A DNA stretch of 58,362 bases from a bacterium (GTDB lineage Bacteria > UBP15 > UBA6099 > DSWB01): positions 1 through 58,362 of the forward strand of contig JAGUYV010000086.1 of the NCBI GenBank assembly GCA_020061125.1, written 5' to 3'. Shown here one piece after another: positions 47,829-56,728 of this stretch. The position numbers and the translations under genes are program-made. The notes below the pieces were generated by a model. That model did no database searches, was not told the origin of the DNA, and worked only from the letters and a program-made list of their open reading frames with translations. Each line of letters begins with the position of its first letter. The stretch's first letter is position 1.

Positions 47829-50470
47829 CCGCGCAGTTTTTCCGTGAGTTGCGCAAGTTGAGGCTGCTCTGGTTCGGCCTTCAGGGAGGCCTCGAACTCG
47901 GCCAGCGCTTCATAGAAACGGCCCTGGCTGTAGAGCAGCAGGCCCAGGTTGCGGTGCGCACGGGCCGCGGACGGCTCGTGCGCTATTGCATTCCGGTACT
48001 CTTCTTCAGCTTCCCTGGCGCGGCCCATCATGGCGAGCACGAAGCCCGCGCCCAGATGCGCATATCCGTTGTCCGGGTCCATCTGCAGCGTGGTGCGGTA
48101 TTCGTTGAGCGCGTCTTCGTATCGCTCAAGCTCCTGAAAGGTGTTGGCCCACAGGAAATGGCATTGCGGGTCCTCGGGGAATCGCTTGGACGCATTCTTG
48201 AATTCGTCCCTGGCTTCATCGTAATAACCGGAATGCTTGTAAGCCAGTCCCAGGAGCTTGTGGCTCACGGCTGTTGCGGGCTGCTCCTGCCCGCGCTTCT
48301 GGAGCAGTTCCCTGGCCGCGTCCGGATTGCCCGCCTTGATGAAATCAAAAGCCTGCGCCAGTTCCGAGCCTGAAACAAGAGGCTCATCCGCAGGCGTGGC
48401 GAGATGGGCCAGAACAGGATCGTCTCCCGCGGGTTCCAGTCGCATGGCCGGTCCATCGGACAAATGATGCCGCAGGTCCATTTCCGCGAAAGAGAGCAGA
48501 ATGGACTCACCGGCGCTGCTGTTTGCGGCCGGGAATCCGAGCAGCTTTTCGATGGTCTGCAGTCCGCCTTCTTCATTAAGGAGCGCAGCCAGATCGTCGC
48601 CGCGCTGGCGCGCGCGCGACTGGATGAGCGCGGCGTCCCCGAATCCATAGCCAAGAGCCAGGAGCCGATCCAGAGCGTTTGCGTCCAGCTTGAAGCGCCG
48701 CGCAAACATGTTTCGGAAAATGCGTTCGTCATTCGCCGAAAGCAGCAGGGTATCGAGATTCAAAGACGCCTGTCGCAGGGCGATGCCCGCGGCGTCCACC
48801 TGCTCACGGGAGCGGTCCGTGAGGGCGCGCATCTCGGTGAGGCGTCCCTTTGTCAAAGCCAGTTTGTCCGACAGCGCCATGGCGCGCATGGATCCCATGG
48901 AGTCGCCGGTGTCCTGGGTCAGCACAATGTCCCGGAGTTCCTGCATGGCGCGATCCGCGTCCTGGTACATCATGGCGGAGGTTTCCAGGGATTCGGTCAT
49001 GCCGTCGCGGATCTCGTCGAGTTTCGCATGAAAACCGTTGAGCGCCTCGGCGAGTCGTAAAGCGCTCGCGGGCATGTCTGCAGTCACGGGACCGCGGTCC
49101 AGACGGAACAGGGCGATGCGGCCGCGTTTAAGGCTTTCCTCGGCCAGCAACACCACATTGCCGCTCAATCGTTCGACTTCGGACAATTCATCCAGCAAAC
49201 CCGAGAAAACCGCGGCTGCGCCATACAACGCGTTGACGCGGTCTTCGTCATATTCGGAAATGGCGTTGGCCGTGCGCGCGTATTCCTCGACATCGCGCAT
49301 GAAGCGGGCGCTGATGTCGCTGGACTGCTCTGTTGCAGCGCCGCTGTCTTCGTGGAGCTGATTGATACGATCTTCGAGATTCATCACGGCCAGGGCCAGA
49401 GCGTCGCGCGCACGCATGGTTTCCGCGGCGTCCGCTGTGTGTGCGGCAACGGCGTCTGGCGCAGCGGGCAAGCCGCGTTCGAGCTGTTCGAGACCCGCGC
49501 GCGCGGCGGAGTTGTCGGGCTGCATGGCCAGCGCGCGGTCCAGATACTCGCGCGCCAGGCTGTACCGGCCCGTTTCCAGAGCGCAAAGGCCAAGGCCAGT
49601 GAGCGCGGGCGTGTGATCCGGCGCAGCGTTGAGCGCCGCACGGTATTTCTCCTCTGCCTGGCGGTAAAGAAAACGCGCCCGGTATGAATCCCCGATGCGC
49701 ACCAGGGGCGAGGGGTCATTGAGCGCCATCTCCGGATAGCCCGCTATGCGCATCATCCGGCTCGTGGTTTTGGGGTGGCTCATGAGCGAGACTTCCAGCT
49801 TCGAGAGATCCCCGGACCTGTGCTTGCTTTCGAGTTTCTGGAAAAATGACGCCATGGCGTGCGGGTCGTACCCGGACTTGTATGTGTACTGCACGCCGAG
49901 TTCATCGGCCTGATATTCGTCCACTCGGCTGTAGTGCAACTGGGCCATGGACAGCACCATGCCCCCGATGCGCGCCGTGGTCTCGCCCGCCTGCGCGTTC
50001 AGAATGCTCAATCCGGCGATCAGAAACGGAAGCTTTTTAATGTTCTTGGCGCCATGGTGCGCGGCCACATGTCCGACTTCGTGTCCGATGACCGCGGCCA
50101 GTTCATCATCGGATTCCACTTCCTCGAGCAAACCGCGGGTGACAAAAACGAACCCGCCCGGCGCGGCGAAAGCATTTACTTCCCCGGTGTCAAGCACATG
50201 AAACTCATACGGAATGTCCGTGCGGTGTGACAGGCCGGACAGGGATTCCCCCATGCCCTGCACGAATTCGTTCAAAAGCGGATTGTCAACGAACCCGTAT
50301 TCTTCACGCAACTGCTCTTTGGTCGCTTTGCCGAAATGCTTTTCTGTCTTCCATTCGAGTTTGTCGAGCAGCCCGGCGCGCGCTGGCGCATGCTCAAGTG
50401 CGCAGCACGCGCACATGGCCAGCGCAAGCAGCACAAGCCGATGCGCATGATATATTCCGTATTTGAACAT
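47825..50470 (-). CDS. M48-family zinc metalloprotease fused to TPR repeats (BepA-like)
   Basis: HEVGH in AAVIGHEVGHVAAHH, with a downstream EYQADELG. TPR units occur in the middle and at the C-terminus. The ORF-track start at 50476 is TTG; ATG 50468-50470 (MFKYGIYH...) is preferred. Confidence 0.85.
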   Translation of the reverse strand: MFKYGIYHAHRLVLLALAMCACCALEHAPARAGLLDKLEWKTEKHFGKATKEQLREEYGFVDNPLLNEFVQGMGESLSGLSHRTDIPYEFHVLDTGEVNAFAAPGGFVFVTRGLLEEVESDDELAAVIGHEVGHVAAHHGAKNIKKLPFLIAGLSILNAQAGETTARIGGMVLSMAQLHYSRVDEYQADELGVQYTYKSGYDPHAMASFFQKLESKHRSGDLSKLEVSLMSHPKTTSRMMRIAGYPEMALNDPSPLVRIGDSYRARFLYRQAEEKYRAALNAAPDHTPALTGLGLCALETGRYSLAREYLDRALAMQPDNSAARAGLEQLERGLPAAPDAVAAHTADAAETMRARDALALAVMNLEDRINQLHEDSGAATEQSSDISARFMRDVEEYARTANAISEYDEDRVNALYGAAAVFSGLLDELSEVERLSGNVVLLAEESLKRGRIALFRLDRGPVTADMPASALRLAEALNGFHAKLDEIRDGMTESLETSAMMYQDADRAMQELRDIVLTQDTGDSMGSMRAMALSDKLALTKGRLTEMRALTDRSREQVDAAGIALRQASLNLDTLLLSANDERIFRNMFARRFKLDANALDRLLALGYGFGDAALIQSRARQRGDDLAALLNEEGGLQTIEKLLGFPAANSSAGESILLSFAEMDLRHHLSDGPAMRLEPAGDDPVLAHLATPADEPLVSGSELAQAFDFIKAGNPDAARELLQKRGQEQPATAVSHKLLGLAYKHSGYYDEARDEFKNASKRFPEDPQCHFLWANTFQELERYEDALNEYRTTLQMDPDNGYAHLGAGFVLAMMGRAREAEEEYRNAIAHEPSAARAHRNLGLLLYSQGRFYEALAEFEASLKAEPEQPQLAQLTEKLRG

Positions 50471-50517
50471 GTTCAAATATCACTCCCGGCGCAAAACGCA
50501 TTTATATTAAGATTTAT

Positions 50518-50544
50518 TTTATACCATAGAAGAATGGCGGGCAA
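50518..50544 (-). promoter_or_regulatory. Candidate extended -10 promoter for the M48/TPR/NfeD/SPFH operon
   Basis: The minus strand reads TTGCCC, a 15-nt spacer, then TG-G-TATAAA. The spacer is short, so this rests mainly on the extended -10. Confidence 0.3.
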
Positions 50545-50601
50545 GCATGCGAAAATGCGCGGGCTGCGGGACGCGCCGTAGCGCCGCTCCCAGGGCGCAA
50601 A

Positions 50602-50630
50602 TTGAAAACAATGCGAATGGCTGTTATTAT
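50602..50630 (+). promoter_or_regulatory. Sigma-70-type promoter placed so that the downstream mRNA would be leaderless or nearly so
   Basis: TTGAAA (50602-07), a 17-nt spacer, then TG-T-TATTAT (hexamer 50625-30). The ATG at 50640 begins 10 nt after the hexamer, and there is no Shine-Dalgarno sequence. Confidence 0.5.
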
Positions 50631-50639
50631 TAGTCCGTT

Positions 50640-51281
50640 ATGCTGTATCCCGTGTTTCTTGACGTGAGAGCGCGCAAGTGCGTAGTAGTGGGCGGCGGCG
50701 AAATCGCCGCGCGCAAGGCCGAGGCTTTGCTGGACGCCGGCGCTGCCGTGACCGTAATCAGCCCGGAATTCTGCCAGGATCTGGAAGAGCACGCCGCCGC
50801 GGGCCGGATTGCCTGCATCCGGACGCCGTATCGCGAGGATGCGCTCGACGACGCTTTTGTTGCCGTGGCCGCCACCGACGACGAGGCCGTGAACACGCGC
50901 GTGAATCGCGACTGCCGCGCGCGGAACATCATCGTCAATGTGGTGGATGTGCCCGAGCTGTGCGATTTCCATGTTCCGTCCATCATCCGCAGCGGGGACA
51001 TCACCGTGGCCATCGGAACCGGAGGCAAAAGCCCGGCCCTGTCTCGGCACCTGCGCCTCATGCTACAGGACAAGATCGGCCCGGAGTACGGGCAACTGCT
51101 CGACATCCTCGGCGCTCTGCGCGACACGGTCAAGGAAAAAGTGCCGGGCCAGAAACGCCGCCACGCGCTCTGGCTCAAGCTCATTGATTCCGGCATTCTG
51201 GATGAGCTGCGCGCCGGGCGCGTCCAGTCTGCGGAACAGATGGCGAAACATATTGTGGAACAGGAGATTTCCCAAGAGTGA
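50640..51281 (+). CDS. Precorrin-2 dehydrogenase / sirohydrochlorin ferrochelatase (siroheme synthase N-terminal-domain type)
   Basis: 213 aa. FLDVRARKCVVVGGGEIAARKAEALLDAGA Rossmann motif and the NVVD segment typical of CysG-N/Met8p/SirC proteins. Confidence 0.85.
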   Translation: MLYPVFLDVRARKCVVVGGGEIAARKAEALLDAGAAVTVISPEFCQDLEEHAAAGRIACIRTPYREDALDDAFVAVAATDDEAVNTRVNRDCRARNIIVNVVDVPELCDFHVPSIIRSGDITVAIGTGGKSPALSRHLRLMLQDKIGPEYGQLLDILGALRDTVKEKVPGQKRRHALWLKLIDSGILDELRAGRVQSAEQMAKHIVEQEISQE

Positions 51282-52195
51282 GCGGTGATACATTAATCGT
51301 GGGAACCCGCGGCAGTCAGCTCGCCATGGTGCAGACCGAGCGCGCCGTGGCCGAACTCAAGGCCGCCAATCCCGCCCTGACATTCACAATCCATGAAGTG
51401 ACCACATCCGGCGACAAGGACCAGACGAGTTTTCTGTCCACATTGCGCAATACGCAGTTTTTCACCAAGGAACTGGACGACGCGCTTCTGTCCGGTGAAA
51501 TTGACCTGGCCGTGCACAGTCTCAAGGATGTGGTTCTGGAAATGCCTGACGGAATCGCGCTGGCGGCCACTCTCAAACGCGACGAACACCGCGACGCGCT
51601 GGTCACACCCGGCGGACGCAGCCTCGTGGAACTGCCCCCCAACGCCACACTCGGAACGGGCAGCGTGCGCCGCCGCGCGTTCCTGCGGCGTGTGCGCCCC
51701 GACATTCAGTTCGCGGAAATCCGGGGCAATCTCAACACGCGCATGCGCAAGCTCGACGAGGGACAGTACCATGGCATCGTGCTGGCCGCTTGCGGGCTTC
51801 AGCGCCTGGGCTGGGACCACCGCATTGCTGAACTGCTGCCCGTGGAGACCATTCTTCCCGCGGCGGGGCAGGGCGCTATCGCCGTGACCGTGCGCGACGG
51901 GGACACCCTTGCCGCGGACGCCGTCAGCGCCATCAATCATAAACCCACATACATGCGGACTCACGCGGAACGCCTGTTTCTTGGCGCATTGACCGCAAGC
52001 TGCCGGTTCCCCCTCGGGGTGCTCGCCACCTTGCACGGAAATGACATGACAATCACCGCCGCAGCCTGGAGCCAGAACGCAGAAGACGGGATCCAGAAAA
52101 CCGTGACCGGCCCGGCTTCGGGCTACATGGAGCTGGCTGCGGGACTCGCGGAATTTTTCAAGGCCAACGGCGTGGACAGTCTTGTTTCCGAGTAA
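51278..52195 (+). CDS. hemC: Hydroxymethylbilane synthase (porphobilinogen deaminase)
   Basis: IVGTRGSQLAMVQTE, HSLKD, RGNLNTR and a cofactor Cys context SCRFPLG. GTG start at 51278, overlapping the preceding stop (GTGA). Confidence 0.9.
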   Translation: MSGDTLIVGTRGSQLAMVQTERAVAELKAANPALTFTIHEVTTSGDKDQTSFLSTLRNTQFFTKELDDALLSGEIDLAVHSLKDVVLEMPDGIALAATLKRDEHRDALVTPGGRSLVELPPNATLGTGSVRRRAFLRRVRPDIQFAEIRGNLNTRMRKLDEGQYHGIVLAACGLQRLGWDHRIAELLPVETILPAAGQGAIAVTVRDGDTLAADAVSAINHKPTYMRTHAERLFLGALTASCRFPLGVLATLHGNDMTITAAAWSQNAEDGIQKTVTGPASGYMELAAGLAEFFKANGVDSLVSE

Positions 52196-52293
52196 CCAAT
52201 GTGACCGGTGTTTCAAATAATCTGTGACTAAAAAGCAGATCTTCATTGCCGTGCGCATTTATTGCATCGCGCAGGGCCAAAGCCATGTGTATA

Positions 52294-52302
52294 TGCTATA
52301 AT
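52294..52302 (+). promoter_or_regulatory. Candidate extended -10 promoter (TG-C-TATAAT) for the response-regulator gene
   Basis: TGCTATAAT at 52294-52302, about 40 nt upstream of ATG 52340. There is no clear -35 box. Confidence 0.35.
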
Positions 52303-52339
52303 ACAGTGTCAAAAAACATGAGGGTGGCGGATCATATCC

Positions 52340-53764
52340 ATGTCTCCATCGAAACAGCCGCTTGCTCCGGCGCCAAGAATTCTGATCATTGACCAGGACG
52401 AGCAGACGCGAAAAAACAGCGCGCTTATTCTGGATTCCTACGGGCTGAAATTAGACGGGATGGCGGATGGCGCCATGGCGCTGGCCAAATGCCGCGAATG
52501 CGCTTATGACCTGGTCCTGGCCGATCTGGACATGGCGGGACAGGACGCCATCGAAACCATCCGCGCCATCAAGCAGCAGGACGACGATGTAGAAATCATC
52601 GTCATGACCGGCCACGCCAGCGTGTTCCGAGCCATGGACGCCATCCGCGCGGGCGCTTACGATTATCTCCAGAAACCCTTTTCTCCAGACGAATTCATGC
52701 TGGTAGTGAACAACGCCCTGCAGAAACGGCGGCTCGTTCGGGAAAATCGCTCCCTGCGCGAAAAAATACAGCGCCGCTACGGTATGGAAAATATTATCGG
52801 CAACAGCGAAACCATGCGCTCGATTTATTCCCTTGCGCGCAAGGCGTCGGGCAATACCGACCCCGTATTTCTGGTCGGCGAAGTGGGCGCGGGCAAGGAA
52901 ATGATCGCGCGCGCCATCCATTACAACGGCGCCCGCAGCATGAACCAGTTCGTGGTCGCAGACTGCAGTTCCCTGGCCCCGTCACTGGTGGATTCCGAAC
53001 TGTTCGGCCAGATCAAGAGCGCGGCCACGGCCACGGCATCTTCAAAGGCCGGGCTTGTGGAATGCGCGCACCAGGGAACCCTTTTCATTGACGAACTCGC
53101 TGTGATCCCCATGGAAACCCAGCAGAAAATCGTGGAATTCATGGACGCGGGCCGGTTCACGCCCAAAGGCGCGGAAAGCCCCATGGCCGCGGATGTGCGC
53201 CTCATCATCGGCACACGCCACAGCCGTGACGGCCTTGCAGCCGAAGGCAAGATCCACCCCGGCCTTCTCGACGCCATGGACCGGATTTTGATCCCGGTGC
53301 CGCCTCTGCGAGAGCGCAAGGAGGACATTCCCCTTCTGGCAACACACTTTTTGTCGCTGTTCGCCGAGGAATTCGAAAAGGACATCTCCGGATTCACGCA
53401 CGAGGCCATTCACAACCTCATGGAATACGACTGGCCCGGCAATGTGCGCGCTCTCAAGAACGCCATCGAGCAGGCCGTGATCCTCGCGTCCGAGGACAAG
53501 ATTTATCCCGAGGACCTGCCGCAGCATTTCACCGAGCATAACCAGGAGCGCGATGCGGGCTTCACCGTGCCCCTCACCAACGAAGATCTGAAAAAAGCCA
53601 AGAACCGGCTCAACCGTCGCATCGAGCGTCAGTTCGTAATCGAAGCCCTGCGCCGGAATAACTGGAATGTGACGCGCGCCGCCAGCGAAACCGGGCTTGC
53701 GCGCCCCAACTTCCACGCCCTCATGCGCCGCTACGACATCACCGCCCCCAAAGGGTCCGACTAA
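52340..53764 (+). CDS. NtrC-family response regulator (receiver + AAA+ + Fis-type HTH) with a degenerate GAFTGA loop
   Basis: Receiver domain (ILIIDQDE..., DLVLADLDMAG). AAA+ Walker A GEVGAGKE and Walker B TLFIDEL. C-terminal HTH NWNVTRAASETGLARPNFHALMRRY. The position of GAFTGA reads SAATAT (53018-53035). Confidence 0.9.
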   Translation: MSPSKQPLAPAPRILIIDQDEQTRKNSALILDSYGLKLDGMADGAMALAKCRECAYDLVLADLDMAGQDAIETIRAIKQQDDDVEIIVMTGHASVFRAMDAIRAGAYDYLQKPFSPDEFMLVVNNALQKRRLVRENRSLREKIQRRYGMENIIGNSETMRSIYSLARKASGNTDPVFLVGEVGAGKEMIARAIHYNGARSMNQFVVADCSSLAPSLVDSELFGQIKSAATATASSKAGLVECAHQGTLFIDELAVIPMETQQKIVEFMDAGRFTPKGAESPMAADVRLIIGTRHSRDGLAAEGKIHPGLLDAMDRILIPVPPLRERKEDIPLLATHFLSLFAEEFEKDISGFTHEAIHNLMEYDWPGNVRALKNAIEQAVILASEDKIYPEDLPQHFTEHNQERDAGFTVPLTNEDLKKAKNRLNRRIERQFVIEALRRNNWNVTRAASETGLARPNFHALMRRYDITAPKGSD

Positions 53765-53801
53765 ACGCGCGGCGCCGCGCATTCCCGAGTGTGCATTTTC
53801 A

Positions 53802-53830
53802 TTGAGAGGCGCGCACGCGCGTGTTACAAT
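53802..53830 (+). promoter_or_regulatory. Sigma-70-type promoter for gltX
   Basis: TTGAGA (53802-07), a 17-nt spacer, then TG-T-TACAAT (hexamer 53825-30). GGAGG lies 6 nt upstream of ATG 53871. Confidence 0.5.
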
Positions 53831-53870
53831 ACATGCTCGTGTCTGTTCATTCTCTGCCCCGGAGGCCGCC

Positions 53871-55349
53871 ATGAAACTCGAAAATATCAGAACGCGCTTC
53901 GCGCCGTCGCCCACGGGTCTGTTGCATTTCGGAAATGCCAACACCGCGCTCTTCAACTGGCTCGTGGCCCGCGCGCACGGCGGAGCAGTGACCCTGCGCA
54001 TCGAAGACACGGACACCGAGCGCTCCACCCGCGATTTCGAGCGAAAAATCATGGACGATCTCGCCTGGCTGGGCATTGACTGGGACGAAGGCCCGGACAA
54101 AGGCGGCGCGTTCGGCCCCTACCGCCAGTCCGAGCGCACTCACATTTACCGAGAACAGATTGATAAACTCCTGACCAGCGGTGCTGCTTACCGCTGCTAT
54201 TGTTCACGGGAACAGCTCGAACAAGACCGCGCCCGCCAGCAGGAGAACAAAGAAAGCTTCCAATATGTTGGCCGGTGCCGGGATCTCACGCCCGATGACT
54301 GGGCGCGCCTGGACGCCGAGGGCAAACCCTTCGTGGTGCGCCTGCGCAAGCCCGCCGGAAACGCCGTCACGGTCCACGACATGATTCGCGGCGACATTGT
54401 GTTCGAAGCCGACGCCATAGACGATTTCATCTTCGTGCGCAGCAACGGCGAACCCACCTTCCTGCTCACCAACGCGGTGGACGATTCGCTCATGCAGATC
54501 ACCCATGTGGTGCGCGGCGAGGATCACATCTCCAACACGCCCAAGCAGATTCTCATTCTCAACGCCCTGGGCCTGCCTGTGCCTCAATACATGCACACAG
54601 CCATCATCCTGGGCAAGGACAAAACCAAATTGAGCAAGCGCCACGGCGCGGTGAATGTGTCGCAGTTCCGCGAACAAGGGTTCGTGGCCCCGGCCATGGT
54701 CAATTACCTGGCGTTTCTGGGCTGGAACCCCAAGGACGAGCGCGAGTTCTTCAGCCTCGAGGAATTGAAAAACAACTACTCCATCGAAGCCATGAGCAAG
54801 AATCCCTCGATCTTCGATTACGACCGCCTGCGTTATCTCAACCAGCACTGGATTGCGCACACGGACCCGGAGCGGATTCTGGATCTGGTGATTGATTTTC
54901 TGATAAAGGCGGAGCTTGTCACGCCCCAGTCTGCGCAGGACAACCGCGCATGGATCCGGGATATTGTAGCCATCATGGGCGACCGCCTCAAAACCATAAA
55001 CGACATCGAGGAACTCGGCGACTATTTCTTCAAAGACTTTGACGATTACCATCCCAAGGGCGTTAAGAAGTATTTCAAGGAATCCACACCCGAACATCTG
55101 GAACTCATCGAGAGAACGCTATCGGAGCTGGATCCCTTTACACAGGAGGGCGTAGACGCCGCGCTGCACCGCATCATGGAAGAGCACGAACTGCCGCCGG
55201 CAAAAGTCATACATCCGCTGCGCCTGGCCCTCACGGGCAAGATATTCGGCCCCGGGCTTTTCGAACTGGCGGCGCTGCTCGGCAAAGAAAAAGCCGTCGA
55301 GCGCATACGCAAAGCCGCGCAGTGGATAAGCGACAACAATCCGTCATAA
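53871..55349 (+). CDS. gltX: Glutamate--tRNA ligase
   Basis: RFAPSPTGLLHFGN (HIGH-type motif) and KLSKRH (KMSKS-type motif). Start moved to ATG 53871. Confidence 0.9.
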   Translation: MKLENIRTRFAPSPTGLLHFGNANTALFNWLVARAHGGAVTLRIEDTDTERSTRDFERKIMDDLAWLGIDWDEGPDKGGAFGPYRQSERTHIYREQIDKLLTSGAAYRCYCSREQLEQDRARQQENKESFQYVGRCRDLTPDDWARLDAEGKPFVVRLRKPAGNAVTVHDMIRGDIVFEADAIDDFIFVRSNGEPTFLLTNAVDDSLMQITHVVRGEDHISNTPKQILILNALGLPVPQYMHTAIILGKDKTKLSKRHGAVNVSQFREQGFVAPAMVNYLAFLGWNPKDEREFFSLEELKNNYSIEAMSKNPSIFDYDRLRYLNQHWIAHTDPERILDLVIDFLIKAELVTPQSAQDNRAWIRDIVAIMGDRLKTINDIEELGDYFFKDFDDYHPKGVKKYFKESTPEHLELIERTLSELDPFTQEGVDAALHRIMEEHELPPAKVIHPLRLALTGKIFGPGLFELAALLGKEKAVERIRKAAQWISDNNPS

Positions 55350-55375
55350 ATATCAAGCCGATAATTTTGCGAATT

Positions 55376-56728
55376 CTATTGCCCTGCGGACGGCGCAGGC
55401 TGGGTTTGGGCCGAAGCGGCATCAGGGCTGCGCTTTTCCATGAGCGTGGCGGTGATGAATATGATGAGATCGGTTTTTTCCTTGGTGGTGTTCTTGTGCC
55501 TGAACATGCCGCCGACAAGGGGAAGGTCGCCAAGTATGGGGACTTTTTTTCTGGATTCCGTAATCGAGTCCTGGATGAGGCCGCCGATGACCAGCGTTTC
55601 GCCGGATGCGAGGATGATGCTGGTGCTGGCCGTGCGCTGGTTGGTGATGGGCGCGGAGCTGGAGCCGCCAGCCCCGAGCGAAGTAAACCCCTTGACCGAA
55701 CTGATTTCCGGGATGACCTGAAGCTGTATGGTGTCGCCGTTCAGAATGTGCGGGGTGACATTGAGTTTCACGCCCACCTGGATCTCCTCGATGCCGGTGG
55801 TGCCGAACAGCGCGCCCGTGTCGCCCGCGCCGATGGTGGTGATGCCCACGGGAATTTCCTCTCCCACATGAATCAGAGCCTTTTCGCCGTCTATGGCTGC
55901 GATGCTCACATCGCTCAAGAGATTGGTCTTGCCGTTAATGCTAAGGCGCTGGAGCACCGCGTTGAATTGATCGAAAGACAGGGTGCCGAACTCCACGCTG
56001 CCGCCCTCGGCCATCTCGCTGCCGAACTTGAACGGCGGACCTGCGAGGGTGCCTTTGATGGTCCAGTCCACGCCCATGAGTTCATTGTTGGACAGTGCGG
56101 TTTCAACGATTTTGGCCTGGATAAGCACCTGCCGGGTTTCGGTGTCGAGTTTTTCAATAAGCTTGCGCACCACTTCGATGCGCTCGGGAAGATCGGTGAC
56201 GATGATCATTTCGGGCTTCTGTGTGGAACGGGCGTCCTTGAACGCCTGAATGCGCCCTCGCTCCGAAAGGAACGGCTGCAGCACATTTATCATGGCGCCG
56301 GAGTTCGTGTATGTGGGCGAAAAGAACTCGGTAATCATTTCCTGGTCGTTCGCAGCGCGGTTTTGGGCTTCGGACATGGCGAAAACATGCAGAATGTTGT
56401 CCCGTTCCTCCATGCGCGCGTTTACAGATTTGAGAATTTCCCGCAGCGCAATTTCCACAGTCACATTGTTGAGGTGAAGGCTTACGGTGCCGGAAACTTC
56501 ACGGGAAATAATCATGTTGAGGTTGTACTGGTCGGCGAGTCCGCGCAGAACATTGGTGACATCCGCATCCTTGAAATTCAGGTTGATGATTTGCTGCATT
56601 TTGGCCTGAATCTGGCTGGGCGCAGGGCCTGTCTGCGCGTGCGCTGGCCGGGCGGCCGACATTATGAGCGCCAGCGCAAGCATCGCCAGAAGGGCAGGGG
56701 TGTATTTACGGGGTCCGGTTTGCTTCAT
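55376..56728 (-). CDS. Secretin (type II secretion / type IV pilus family outer-membrane channel)
   Basis: Signal peptide ...ALALIMSAARPAHAQ. N0/STN-like INLNFKDADVTNVLRGLADQYNLNMII. Secretin C-terminal signature KKVPILGDLPLVGGMFRHKNTTKEKTDLIIFITA. Start at ATG 56726-56728, with ATG 56746 as the alternative. Either start overlaps the upstream gene end. Confidence 0.85.
   Translation of the reverse strand: MKQTGPRKYTPALLAMLALALIMSAARPAHAQTGPAPSQIQAKMQQIINLNFKDADVTNVLRGLADQYNLNMIISREVSGTVSLHLNNVTVEIALREILKSVNARMEERDNILHVFAMSEAQNRAANDQEMITEFFSPTYTNSGAMINVLQPFLSERGRIQAFKDARSTQKPEMIIVTDLPERIEVVRKLIEKLDTETRQVLIQAKIVETALSNNELMGVDWTIKGTLAGPPFKFGSEMAEGGSVEFGTLSFDQFNAVLQRLSINGKTNLLSDVSIAAIDGEKALIHVGEEIPVGITTIGAGDTGALFGTTGIEEIQVGVKLNVTPHILNGDTIQLQVIPEISSVKGFTSLGAGGSSSAPITNQRTASTSIILASGETLVIGGLIQDSITESRKKVPILGDLPLVGGMFRHKNTTKEKTDLIIFITATLMEKRSPDAASAQTQPAPSAGQ

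Noticed and set aside
53766-53790. GC palindrome GCGCGGCGCCGCGC after the response-regulator gene, considered as a terminator
   Set aside because: It has essentially no loop and no following U tract.
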